NCBI GenBank assembly: GCA_949358305.1
Contig: OX442314.1
Span: 22,258,001-22,322,000, forward strand
DNA length: 64,000 nucleotides
Direction: 5' to 3'
DNA from: Strigamia acuminata
Lineage: Eukaryota
Each line of letters opens with the position of its first letter. Positions within the stretch are counted from its first letter, which is position 1. A program made the position numbers and the translations under genes. This document shows, in pieces, positions 26,321 through 39,052 of the stretch. The notes under the pieces were generated by a model, which had not been told where the DNA came from, did not search any database, and saw only the letters and a list, made by a program, of their open reading frames with translations.

Positions 26321-28045
26321 ATTTCGCAAAAAATTATTTAAAAAAAAAAAAACAACTAAAAAATATTAAAACTACGACGCTAAAGACCGCATAATAAGCT
26401 ATAGTAAAGAAGCAATGCAAAATGTTTGAAGTATTATAAATTACTGCCAAATGAAAATCGTTTTGTTACAAAGTTAAATCGAAGTGTGCATTTTTATTAG
26501 CACATTTTTAGCATCCAAATAAGTGCGTTTTTCTGATGCCTTTTACCAATTTCCACTAGCACTTGTTAATTAAGAATTCTCTTAATAGAAGCCACAATAG
26601 ATATAAATTTTATTTTACTTTATACAAAAACCAAAAAGATACGAACCAAAAACGAGCTCATTTTACCTATAAAACTGTACAAATTATTTTATGAAATTTA
26701 TTTATAGCCAATAAATTGTTTTATTTGACAAAAAGGTCTCTTTTTTCAGTCCTTTTTCATGTTAATACCTGTATAATTTGAAGGAAATTGACTCATCAGG
26801 GTCGTGGACCCACAGGTTGCGATTGGCTTTTGCAATGGTCAGTAACGCAGTGCGTGGGCGGATGCTTTGGTCATCCACTTTTGTCCCCCATCCTGCGCTT
26901 TTTTGCTGCCCATGGAATGAATCTGTCCAAGTGACCATTGTTGCGGACGTAGCGTGGGAGTCGTTGGCCCTGTCTGCTCACAAAAGGCGATTCACACCTC
27001 GGGACTCGAGTCCAGTTTTCACGTGCAACCGGCAAGGAACGTAGGTGGACGCTCGTTAACAGGTAAGAAATAGTATTCACAACACGAGTTAGTTCATTTA
27101 AGCAAATATTTCAGTGTTAAATTATAAATTATCTAGTATTTGTGGATTTGTTCACGTGTATGAGGTACACTTTCAAGTTTATTGGAATATTTTGAAAGTT
27201 GATTTCCAATGCTGAAATCATTATAACTTTTTTATTTGAATCGATTCAATAACTGAAAAATTTAGAAATGAGACAAAAATGATCAATGCGCGTGAAAATT
27301 ATTCGGTTTTTTAGTTTTTATCCTGTTTGTTCTCACTTTTCGAGTGTGACTAGGAAGACGAACTTCCGTTTATTAATGCGATCATGCATTGAAAACAATA
27401 GCGCGCAAGAGGCATGTTAAATGTGCCAGTGCTATAAACTTCCTTTGTCGGTTTGAATTCAATCCCACCTTGTTTTAACCTTTAACTACAGAATTTTATT
27501 CAAAATCTCATTGATTTAACTCACATCCCCGAAGTTTTAGCATATTTCTTCAAATTTTGATTATTTGTAAGTCGAAAATTGCTAACAGTTTCGTATTCGT
27601 GTTAAAATACGAATAAATAAAATAAATCAATGTAGCTAATATAGTACACAACTGATGCACAATGAAAGATGCTGAAACTAAAATAGAACAGGTTTAAGAC
27701 GCATTGCCGCAGCATTTCTAATTCTAATTTCGGATGTATAACTTGATGTTAAGTTGAAATAAAGTTTTTGCTTTGTTTCCCGCGTTACAACGTTTAAATT
27801 CCGCACAGAATTGGCAAAAATGAGTCAGACGTGCACTGGTGATTGTTGCGGACATCCCGTGCCGCACGAGCGCGCATGCCACTGACGAGATCCAACATCC
27901 AATAGGAAATTGAAACTTCTGAGAATGATGAATAATTATTCCACCTGTATCTTCATAATCCCCGCAAAGCGCTCATAGTGATGGTGGATCTCTGTGTGCA
28001 AACAATGAGAGAGAACCTTTTTATCTGCAGGTGCTGAGTAGCAAC

Positions 28046-31000
28046 ATGTCCATAATGGTAGCCGTTATTTCTTTTCTAACCGTTTTACGGATGATGTCTG
28101 ATGGTAAGACAACATTTATTACTTTTTAACAATTATAACGCTTTTAGAAGCTTTAAATATAATTTTTTTAATTAAATTAAATTAATATTATAAAATAATT
28201 TTTGAGTTTTCAATCCCGGGAAAAGAAATTAATATGTTAAAGCACAATTCCTTAAAACTCGAGTTTTACCACCACAATCTGACTCTTAAATGCCACAGTA
28301 ATCCAATGGCAGACGATGTTGTGATGGTCAAACAAGTTTTCACTTTATTTATATTTTTTATTTATATTTTTAATTTGAAAAGATTTTTAAAAGAAATTAT
28401 TTTGTAGGAAATGTCGTAACTTAGCGTTCTTAATACCTATTCCTGGTACCCATATAAATTAATTCTGCATCTCGCATGCCCTGATCCTAAATTCAAATTT
28501 TCCGCCCGCACATCATCGATTTCCACTTTCATTTTTTAAAAGGAACAAACTTTTATTTATTTATTTATTTATTTATTTATGAAGTTGTTAATATTATAAA
28601 AGTTCAGGTAAGCTTAACTAATTACAATTTGATGACACCCTAATCGGAAACCCAATAAAGTAAAGGGTTATCCGGTGTCAGTGAACTGTAGGTCAAAAAA
28701 GTATCCCTCACATATAAACTGCGGGAAACCCACCCTATCCGGGAAACACACTCGGATAATAAAATAAATAAAAGAAAATAATACAACAAAAAATCCAAAC
28801 TCTTCTTTCTTTTTTTTTATCTAAACAAAATATCTCCCTTTATTTTATTTTCAGCACAAACAACATGCAATCGAGGAATGGGACGATTAATGTACGAAAA
28901 AGTATCCAATACTGAGTTACAGGGATTTGTAGATGATACGGTAATTTGTACTTTTATCAACAACAAATTAAAAGTTACATAACATTAAAATGTAAGCCAG
29001 CATAATGCAATTTGAAACAAAAACGTCTGCTCTTGAATAGAGATGCATTCATTAGAGCTAATAACCAGTATTAAAGCTATAATAACTGTCACATTTGAGT
29101 TACTAATTAATAAATTTAAAGCTCAGTTTCATTGCAGTTAATTTCCGTGAAAGCAACATCTGTTCCGCTTTCGTTTTGCCAATATTTCAAGCATAGCGGC
29201 TAATTAAAGACATTTTTAGACATTTTTTATCTTGATATGTGACTTTCCACACCCATTAGCCATTATTTTCATTAAATTCATTAAATTCTTCGTTATTTTA
29301 AGCCCATTTTGACTATTTTTTAAATCGTTGTAAAATTTCCATTCAGATAAGAGAAAGAGCGCCTCCGATGCAAGTGCTCGAAAGGTGTAAACAGCTCTGC
29401 TTACAAGACATTTCATCTCAAAACGTGCGGCGAATTTGTAAATCGTTCGGATTTACACCTGGTCGCCGCCTCGGCACGCGAGCAGCTTCCGGAATTCCAT
29501 CACCCGGCCAGTCGCTTCGGCCGCCATTTCCGCCCGGCCCGATGCCACCCCCAATGTCACCCTTTGCTGGCGTGAGCGAATACGACGAATCTGCCTGTCA
29601 ACTTAACCACGAGGCTGGTCAGCCCGAAGGTCCAGGGATTTTGTCAGTTGCCAAGAACAGAATTCTATTCAATGAAGTTTGCATTTCCTGTAATTAAATC
29701 AAAACAAAACAAAAACCCATGGGATAATCATACAACTAATTTTTATTTTTATTCTCTCATTCTAGCTAGTAGAGTTAGCACGCAATGTGCCCAACGAACA
29801 TACGCCTTCGAGAGGTTACAAGGCTACAGATTAGATGCACGGGATGGAGTAGTGTTAAATGAAAACAAAACCGTTTGTCAAGATATGTAAGTAACTGATG
29901 TTTCATGGTGTTCTATTGTAATTATTAATGTCACAGTAGCTCATTTTAAAAAGTTATAGTTTGGAATGAAAGGATTCAAAAGGATCTATGCGTCCATTGA
30001 ACTGCGCTACATCCTTTTGACCTGTAAAAGAATATTTATTTGTAAAAATACAAACTTCCGTGTGGATATTTGATTATCCTTATTCCTAAAACCAACATTG
30101 GGCCTGGTCAATACTTTGATGGGTGACCTGCTCAGAATGCCAGTTGCTTCTAATCCATGTCCGTTTCTACGGCAAGAACTCCGCTTCCCGCCACCAAATG
30201 TGCAATAAATCACTCATCAATCACTTTCTTTCTTTTGTTAGGTGTTTGAATGAATACAGTTTTATGTGTCGCTCCGTATCATTAGACAAAACCAGTGGAA
30301 AATGTATTCTTTCCCGACACACCAGGAGAACGCAAGCTAATAGTTTCTCCAGAGACCCGAATGGAGAATACATGGAAAACACTTGTCTTGACAGTAAGAT
30401 TTATTTTACGCCGAGACTAAAAGTTTAATTGTGCTAAATGTTATTTTTAAATTTTAGGTAAACAAAGATGCGAAGGAGGAGTACCAATGTTTGTCAAGAT
30501 GGTCGAAGTGACTGTGGATTGGCCATTCGGATATGAAGAATTAAGTGTATCATCTCTAGAGGATTGCCAAAGACGATGCTTAGATCATCCCAAGATATTT
30601 TGTCGGAGCGTCCTGTACAATAGCAGGCGTCGTTTATGTATCCCCAGCGATGAGGACTCGATTTCCGAACCGGAATATTTCCTTCCAAATATGCCTGGCG
30701 CTCCTGGTACTCACATGGGCATGCCGGGAATGCTTGGAAGTGAACAGAGAGAAATGGAGTATTATGAAGTCGTTTGTTTGAGCATTCCAGTTGGTGAGTT
30801 TAAAATTAACATTTAAATCTATTTATCGGAGACTCGGGAGGGAATATATTTGTATAGAAATAACAGAGCAATTATTAAACTAAAATTGGCCTTATTTTAG
30901 GCCCTGGTATGGTCCGAGGCCTGACTCCGTTGGAGTGCAAACGCGGCCACCGAATCCTGAGCAGTCAAGCCGAAGATGAACCCGCTTTATCCAAGGACGA

Positions 31001-34000
31001 TTGCATCGTGCGCTGTCTACGCAAAGGTCCTGCATGCCGCTCGTGTGACTATAGTCTAGCCACCGGAGTCTGTCGATTAAGCACAGCAAGTAGATACACC
31101 GGTGCCTCCCTGGTCTCCGACTCACAGTTCGATCATTACGAAATCGGTACGAAAGGCCGCAGCATCAGTTGGCCTCCGCCTCTCATGTCCTTCTCTCTCA
31201 CAGACCCCTCTGGACACACTTTCGGTAACTCCCCAAGTGGCAGTAATAATGTGCCACTGGACACCAGTTATGGAATCACTGGTAACAAACCCTGGGTAAC
31301 TCCTGGCTACGGTCCAGCCAATCCAGGATTCCCTCGTTACCCGGTCGTAGGTCCACAAACATATCCAGGTCCACAGACATATCCAGGTCCACAGACATAT
31401 CCAGGTCCACAGACATATCCAGGTCCACAGACATATCCAGGTCCACAGACATATCCAGGCCCTCAGACGTATCCAGGTCCACCTGGCTATCCTCCGCCAG
31501 GGTACGGCGGATATCCAAGCTATCCCATCACCGGATATCCAAGTTATCCACCAGGATATCCAAGTTATCCCGATGGAGGCTACGGTCTTACCACTTTACC
31601 AAACCCGTACAACCCGTACAGTACGTACAAATCCAGTGGTGGACCCAGTTATTACGGTCCTGGTTACAATCCGTATGGATATAGCCCACAACCACCGTAC
31701 GCTTATCCCGGTCAAACTTATCCTCCCCCGATATTCCCACCCAATCGTCTTGGCTACGCACCCGGATATCCGGGATTCCCTCCTCCGCCGCAAGGTTATC
31801 CTGGCATGCCGGGATATCCTGGGCCGCAGATGCCCGGTGGTGGCGGTGGCGGAATGGAACAGTTCAAGTTGGCTTCGGCGAAGACAAGAATACGTTTTTA
31901 TTACGTCAGGAGGACGTTGAGCGAGTCCACTTTGGATGATTGCAAGAAGGAATGTCTCAAGTCGGCTGACTTCTTCTGCAGATCGTTTAATTACAGGTGA
32001 GTTTCGTAACTCCATTTTTTTTTTTTGCATTTTTTATTTCAATGATCGATTGTTTCTTTCAGGAATGTGTTCCAAGATAACTGCGAATTGAGCGACCAAG
32101 ATACAACAACTCTCGATTTGAACAATCCGTCACATTTCGACCAAGCCACGCAGTTCGATTTCTATGAACGCAAAGGCGCTCCGACTAACATGCCCAACAT
32201 GCCCGGTCAGATGGCAAATCCCTATTTGCCAATGAAACCAATGCCGAGTCCGTATGGAGGGTATCCGCCGCCGCCACCGCCACCCCCACCAGGACCTCCA
32301 CCACCGCCCATACTCCCACCGTACCCTGGTCAAATCCCTCCTCCCCCGTATCCACCTGGAGGATATCCACAATATCCGGGACCTTTGGATGGTAAGAGCA
32401 TATTTTACTCTTATGGAAAAAAATAGATTTTGGGTCGAGATTTCTATTAACTATTAACAACGAATTTGTCATGTTCTAATTAGGCGAGAGTTAGCTCTTT
32501 TTCCAACGAATTTCATATAATAGTAATATATATTGTGAAACGTGTAAATAAAACAGTATAAATGCAGAAATTCAGTTCTGTTTACATGGTTTTTGGTGTT
32601 TTTGTAGTAACAGCTAAAACAGAAAACGAAAGCACGCCTAAGTGTGAATGCATGTGAGAAGTGAGATTATTTAGTTTCGTGTCTGTTTAATGTTTATAAT
32701 TTAGTTTTTGGGTTTTACAAGTAGATGGCAATTAGATTTCTTTCATTTTCACCCAGTTTATGAATTATGGCTCACTTGGTTATGTTTGTACTCACGTTTG
32801 TTGGTGGTGGATGCTTCACTTGCGAGCATTAGAACAATAAGAAGTTCCTTTTCCGATTTAACTTGTGTGGCAGCCATTTTGAATTTAGTTGTACAAACCA
32901 AAAGCAGACATAAACCACTCCAGTTGCAGTTTCTTCTGAGAGTTTATGGCTGTTTTGGTGTCCCATGCTGTTTACAGAAACTCTAAAAACAGCAAAAACA
33001 GAAACTTTGAATGCATCTAATGTTTTAGCCCCGATATTTTTTCAAACAAAACTTACATTGGCAGCAAACAAAGAGCTAACTCGTGACATGTATAAAATTG
33101 TTAAATTAACAACGATTAATTTCTTTTTACACTGACTTCATTTTGGAATTTTTTTCTTCTTTTTGTATCTTATTTACTCACTATAATTCAATTTTTTTAT
33201 TTACCATTATTATTATATATTATATATTATTTAAACTTTTTTTAAGCATATAGTAATTATTTCAAAAATACTTTTTTAATGTCTAATTTATAAATTTCTG
33301 TAAGATTTTTTTTGTAGAATTTTTTCTGTAATATGGGAATTGAAATAAATGGAATATTTAAAAAAAAATTCTAACAAATTCCTATTTTTTTTTATTCCAA
33401 TGGATCAAAATCTAATTCTGGATTCGATTCCTTTTTCAGAAAAATACAAAATTTTCCAAATTTGAAGTCAGTGGTTTTCTCTTTTTCCTATTAAATTACT
33501 ACTATTTTGTTCTATTAAAAACAAAAATCTAATCTTCAAATACAACATTTGATGTTTAGTTAGTCAAACTTGTACTGAAGAAGGAATCGAATTTACCTTA
33601 AAAACACCCGAAGGATTTTACGGAAGAATTTACACTTGGGGATTTTTTGATTCTTGTTTCTTCGACGGACGAGGAAGTGCAATAAGTGTACTCAGGATAT
33701 CACGCATGCACGGTCTACCACGCTGTGGTACTCTCGAGGTAAAGAAAATATATATTCTAACAAACTCACACTCAAAATTAATACTCAATCACAATTCCAT
33801 AGTTCGGGGACTTTTTTACAAACATCGTAGTAGTACAATTCAACGATTTTGTTCAAACATCACGAGATCGAATGTTTAACGTCACATGTACGCTGTACGG
33901 CCCTGGAGAAACGATTGTCTCATCGGGAATTGTAAACTCAGGGTATGAAAACAATATATTTTGTCTGTGACGTAGTGGGGCGGTGTGCAAGTTGGATTAA

Positions 34001-35823
34001 TGGGCTTTTTAGCAGAGCCGTAGCTTGGATTTTCTGTACTTGGCGAGCTATACAGTCGCCATTTTCATGTTTCATGAGCCCGTGTCAACCATGCACTCCC
34101 GATTGCTACGCGCCGTATTTTGCCCCATTCTCACACTCATACTCAAACAAAGAATTTTTTTATAGAAATGTTCCAATTCCAATCGATTATCTGCCCGCAC
34201 AAAATGTTCTGTCGTCGAATGTAGCTCTTCGAATTATGTACTACGGCCAGCCGGTACAGCAAATTGCTGTTGGGGACCCGCTAACTCTCAGATTAGACGC
34301 TAGACAAGGATGTGAGTATAAAAATACAACTTGTATTTAAAAAAAACTCATTTTTTCCTCTTTTTTTTCGAAGTTGGATATGCTGGAGACATTTTCGCCA
34401 CAAATGTCGTTGCCAAGGATCCATATTCCGGTCGGACTGTGCCTTTAATTGATGCTTATGGGTACGGTAACAAAACAAAAAACTAATTTTAAAAGCTAAG
34501 CACGATAAGGTTTCAAAAATCCTAACTAATTGTAATTGATCTCTTCTAAACTGAATTATATAGATCTCATTTAAGCCAAATTATTATTTCATTATTTCAT
34601 TATTTTATATTTAATTTCTCTAATTGACTAATTAAAGATGACAGTATTTACTGTGTTATTCCATCTAATTTCATGCATGAACAAACAATCACATTCAAAC
34701 GCACGCTTTAATTTATAATCACACAATAAGCACCGCCTGCGTGTATAAGCGAGTTTCACTGCATTACCCGGAACTTGAAAAACACTAAACTTGCACTAAA
34801 CTTGCAAACTTCATTGAATTACATGTTAAAAGAGTGAATTGTTTTCGTTAGATGCCCAATTGATCTCTTCATTTTCCCCGCTTTGGATCGTGCAAGAGAG
34901 GGCGATGGCCTCGAAGCAAATTTCGCGGCCTTCAAAATTCCCGATTCCAATTTCATGGTATTCGAAGCGACCGTTCGGACGTGCAGAGGTCCCTGTCCAC
35001 CCGTCACGTGCAGCACCAACGGCAGATTCGGTTTAGTTTCGCACGGAAGAAAAAAACGCCAGAATAATCACACTGATACTTCGCTGATTGTCGATGAGAA
35101 ACCTAAAATAGAAGCCAGAGAAGACGCTCAATTATTGGTAGTGACGCCTCCGATTCGCGCGAATGAAATATATCCGAAAAATCACAGCGTGATTCCCGTA
35201 AATGTCAGGCCACAAACTCCATCCGTCGACGTGAAAAATTCGTCGGAAGATGGCGGTTTTTCAGAGATTACGGAAACCGTTCACGAAATGTTTAAGGTGT
35301 ATAATTCGCGGATGGAAATGTACAGCGATGCATGTAAGTGTTGTGTTTGTTTAATTGTGTGCGGGGAAATGATTTAATTTTACATTTGTGTCGATAGTTG
35401 GAATAAAAATGGACGAAGTTTGCATCTCGTCCGAAGAATATTACGGACTCATCGCATCAATAACGATCATTATTATTCTTTTGTTTGCTGTTGCTATTAC
35501 GTCTGCTTTCTTCACTAGGTAAATAATTATATTTTATCGTTAAATATTTATTATTTATTTGTGTTTTTTTTATTTTTTATTTTAGACGATACAGATTTTT
35601 GTATCTGAAGAATCGTGCAGCGGATAACAACAGTTCGCTAAATCGTCCTACGACCAATGTTTCGTACATTCCTGAATCGACATTTGCACGTCCAAGATTC
35701 GAGGATCCCAGCGAACCGATATACACAGATCCCTCGTTATTTGAAAGAAGCAGAAGTATGCGAAGTGCAGCTACTTCCATGTTAAGTAGGAATATGTTGA
35801 AGAAATTCGAAGATGCAACATGA
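28046..35823 (+). CDS. nompA-like type I membrane protein with multiple PAN/apple domains and a ZP domain
   Basis: Signal-peptide exon (MSIMVAVISFLTVL...), AQTTCNRGMGRLMYEK, several PAN units (C...C...CRS..Y...C.LS), ZP domain (33560-35040), furin site RKKR, TM segment and cytoplasmic EDPSEPIYTDPSLFERSRS. Probable non-coding first exon ends at 27062. The nompA likeness is from recall, not a search. Confidence 0.85.
31350..31475 (+). repeat. Coding 18-bp tandem repeat (GPQTYP)x7
   Basis: GGTCCACAGACATATCCA units within ORF 30909-32000. Confidence 0.95.
32488..33082. mobile_element. Putative non-autonomous DNA element in an intron of the PAN/ZP gene
   Basis: 13-bp inverted termini GAGTTAGCTCTTT / AAAGAGCTAACTC. 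Internal segment 32942-33014 resembles 22411-22482, including 24 identical bases GTTTATGGCTGTTTTGGTGTCCCA. Confidence 0.6.
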
Positions 35824-36116
35824 AGAGTTTTCTATTAGATTTAATTAAAAATTGCAACATTTGTGTAAACTGCAACAATATAAGTTTAATTTAGTTCTAG
35901 TCGTTGAATTTTTGAAAGCAATTTTATTAAAAACTTTTTTATTATAAAGAAAATTCCACTTGTAAAAATAAAAAGAAGGTTAACGGGATTCTATATAAGC
36001 TTATACTCTCATTTATTTCGGGTAGAATTAAAAAAAAAGTATGTTTAAATTCATTTAAAAAGTAGTTTTTTTATTATAAAGATAATGTAACTTATAACTA
36101 CTTACAAAACATTTTA

Positions 36117-38742
36117 CTACTCGTCACAAGACGATAAAATCTCAATTTTTGGCTTATGTTTATTGTCAGAATTAAATATAAACTCACTGTCACTGGTGCT
36201 TTGTTCGTTGACCTCTTGTTCAGATTCACAACCTAAAATTATACAACAATAAAAAATCAAATACATTAAAAAAAATTTTAAAATAATGAAAAGCAGACCT
36301 TTTACGATATTTAGTAAAGATTCAAAATTTAAATCTGAACCGTTACGCGAGCGATAAATTGATTTTTCATTGTTCCCTTTCGGTATCGTCCACGGAATAA
36401 TATCGGGAATGGGTTCCTCCAATTTGCAATTTTTTATTTTAACTTCAATTATTTCATCCTGAACAGACACTTCTGCACCAATTTCTGGTTTTTTATCATC
36501 AACACACTTTTCTTCATCAATTTCTGGTTGATCATCAAGGTCAACACACTTCTCTGTATCAATTTCTGGTTTTTCATCATCCTGAACACTTTTTTCTGCA
36601 TCAATTTCTGGTTGTCTATTATCTTCATCACACTTTTCTGCATCAATTTCTAGTTTTTCATAATTCTCAACACACTTTCCCGCATCAATTTCTGGTTTTT
36701 CATCATCCTGAACACTTTTTTCTGCATCAATTTCTGGTTGTCTATTATCTTCATCACACTTTTCTGCATCAATTTCTAGTTTTTCATAATTCTCAACACA
36801 CTTTCCCGCATCAATTTCTGGTTTTTCATCATCCTCAACACACTTTCTCGCATCAACTTCTGGTTTTACATCATTATTTTCGTTTTTTATCTTCTCTGAC
36901 ATTCCACTTTCATTTAATCCTCTTTTTTCAACATCTGAATTCGCAGCATTTTGCCATTTATTAAGATCATCTTCTAACTTTTGTTTAAATATATTAGAAC
37001 AGCTTTCATTACTTCGACAAGTTTCATCATCATCTTCCTTGTCATCGTATTCATCAAAATTGGACGATACTGTCGACTCGGAAGATCCACATTCTTTTTT
37101 CCCTTCACTGATATACCAATGAGCGGCAGGACCTTCAAAACTAGACTCCGCATCAGCTTCGTTATCACTTCCACCACAAACATTTTCCGAATTTAATTTC
37201 CCAAAATTGCCGCAAACGAGTTCGCCTTTATACTCAACAACCTTAGTCGTTTCAGCACTTTCTTCTTGACTTTTTTGCTTAATAGTGTCCGAAGCCAGTT
37301 CTGATAGCGACGGTACTTGCTCCACACATTTCTTCGATACTTTATCAATTCTATCTAGTTCTTTCTCCATTGCTTTAGTCAAATCATCTTTTATAACCAC
37401 CCGAATAGGCACAACTCGACTTTCTTCTGGCATTACTGCTACGACCCCTTCAATCCCGTCTATTGCTTCAAACAATGCATTAACTATCATGCTTTCTATC
37501 GCTTTGTACGTAGACGCTTTTTTCTTCAATTCGAGTAAACCTATAAAGATACCTAAAATTAATTAAAACTATAAATGAACAAAACAAAAATGCTTTTCTA
37601 TGGTTAACCGTCAACGCTTTTTTGAATTTTCCGACGTTCTTTATCAATCCATCTACGTTTTTCTTCTCTTTCGGCCTCAAATCCACCTTCTTTCCTACAA
37701 AATAGATCAAAAACTGAATTAAAACCGGAAAAAAAATATTTTTCATTTACCATGCTTCGACACAAGCTCTTTCTACTGGAAAAACAGGACGGTCATCCAA
37801 ATACTGCAACTTTTTCTTGAAAAAAAAATATTTTTCTTTGTTAATTTTAATATCAATTTTAATAGTATTCTCTTCGTCTTACCACTCCAAACACAATATT
37901 TCTTCGGTACTGAACAATCTTCCTGACAACTGGATTTCCCATCAAATTAACGACTCGCTTTGAAAATAAAAATTGTTACATATAAAAATAAATACTCAAA
38001 TAATTTTATTTTTAATTTTTATTTTACCAGGTTTTCCATTTGGTACAAGACATCAGCAATTGCCGGATCTTCAATTAGATTGTGCGAAAGATCAATAACA
38101 GAAATTGACTTGCATTCAATCAAATGACTAATATCATCAGCTGTTTTTAACCGGTTATGGCTCATTTGTAACGTGTTCAAAGCGGGCAGTAGGCACAAAT
38201 TTTCAATTTTAGAAATGCAGTTATTGCTCACATTTATCGTGTCAAGATGTACCAAATGGCTCACATTGTCGATTCTTGTCAACAAATTTTGTTGCATGTA
38301 CAAACATCGCAATTCCAACTGAAAATCCAAGTTTTCTATTACACTAATCCCATTGCACTCCAGCCACAAACACTTTAAACCGGTGTATTCATCCAGGTTT
38401 TCGATTTTAGAGAAACCTAAATAAAAAATAACAATTTCTCAATTTAATTTCAAATAATTTTTTTTTAATTTTTATAATTTCGTACCTTTATAATGCAAAT
38501 AAATAACGTCGTTCAAATACGGAGTCAAATAGAGTTTGTTTTCTCTGCACATATCTTTGAGGCATTCCTTTGTCATTCTAAAATTAAATTTTTATACATT
38601 TTTAATTTTTTTAAATAGATTTTTTGTTTATTTTCATAGTTTACTTTGGTAATTCACTTCCGCCTCTTAGTTCTTGCTTTCTCCTTCGAAAAGGAACATA
38701 ATGAGGACCGCTATTTAACGTTACAGTGTCAATCGTTGGCAT
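36117..38742 (-). CDS. DNAAF1: Dynein axonemal assembly factor 1 (LRRC50/ODA7 family)
   Basis: Spliced [41 protein letters not shown], LRRs, [26 protein letters not shown], then a long acidic tail. Confidence 0.93.
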
Positions 38743-38812
38743 TTTTTCCCAAATGTGAGGAAAAAATAAGATCTAACTTCCACTCAATCGTTATATTCGA
38801 AAATGTCTATTG

Positions 38813-38826
38813 GTTGCTATGACAAA
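38813..38826. promoter_or_regulatory. X-box-like site in the DNAAF1/Rab11-FIP bidirectional promoter
   Basis: GTTGCTATGACAAA about 70 bp upstream of the DNAAF1 ATG, adjacent to an ATTGG (CCAAT) box. Confidence 0.55.
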
Positions 38827-39052
38827 AGTAAACAAACTAAAAGACACCTAGCGGTAGAATTGGTAAGTGAGAAAGTAACGCCGACTCGTGGTGAAAAAAA
38901 AAAGAAAACTCGTAAATGGAAATGGCGTCTTTGTTCCATTTATTTGGATGACGTTGCTCCTTGCTCAAAAAGTATAGTTTATGCCTTTCTATCCGCGATG
39001 GACTTGTTTGTAAGCTGATTCAATTCAACTGTACCTAGAACTAGGTTAGAAG

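Noticed and set aside
34409..34422. X-box-like GTTGCCAAGGATCC
   Set aside because: Lies in a ZP-domain exon (VAKDP) and is explained by codons.
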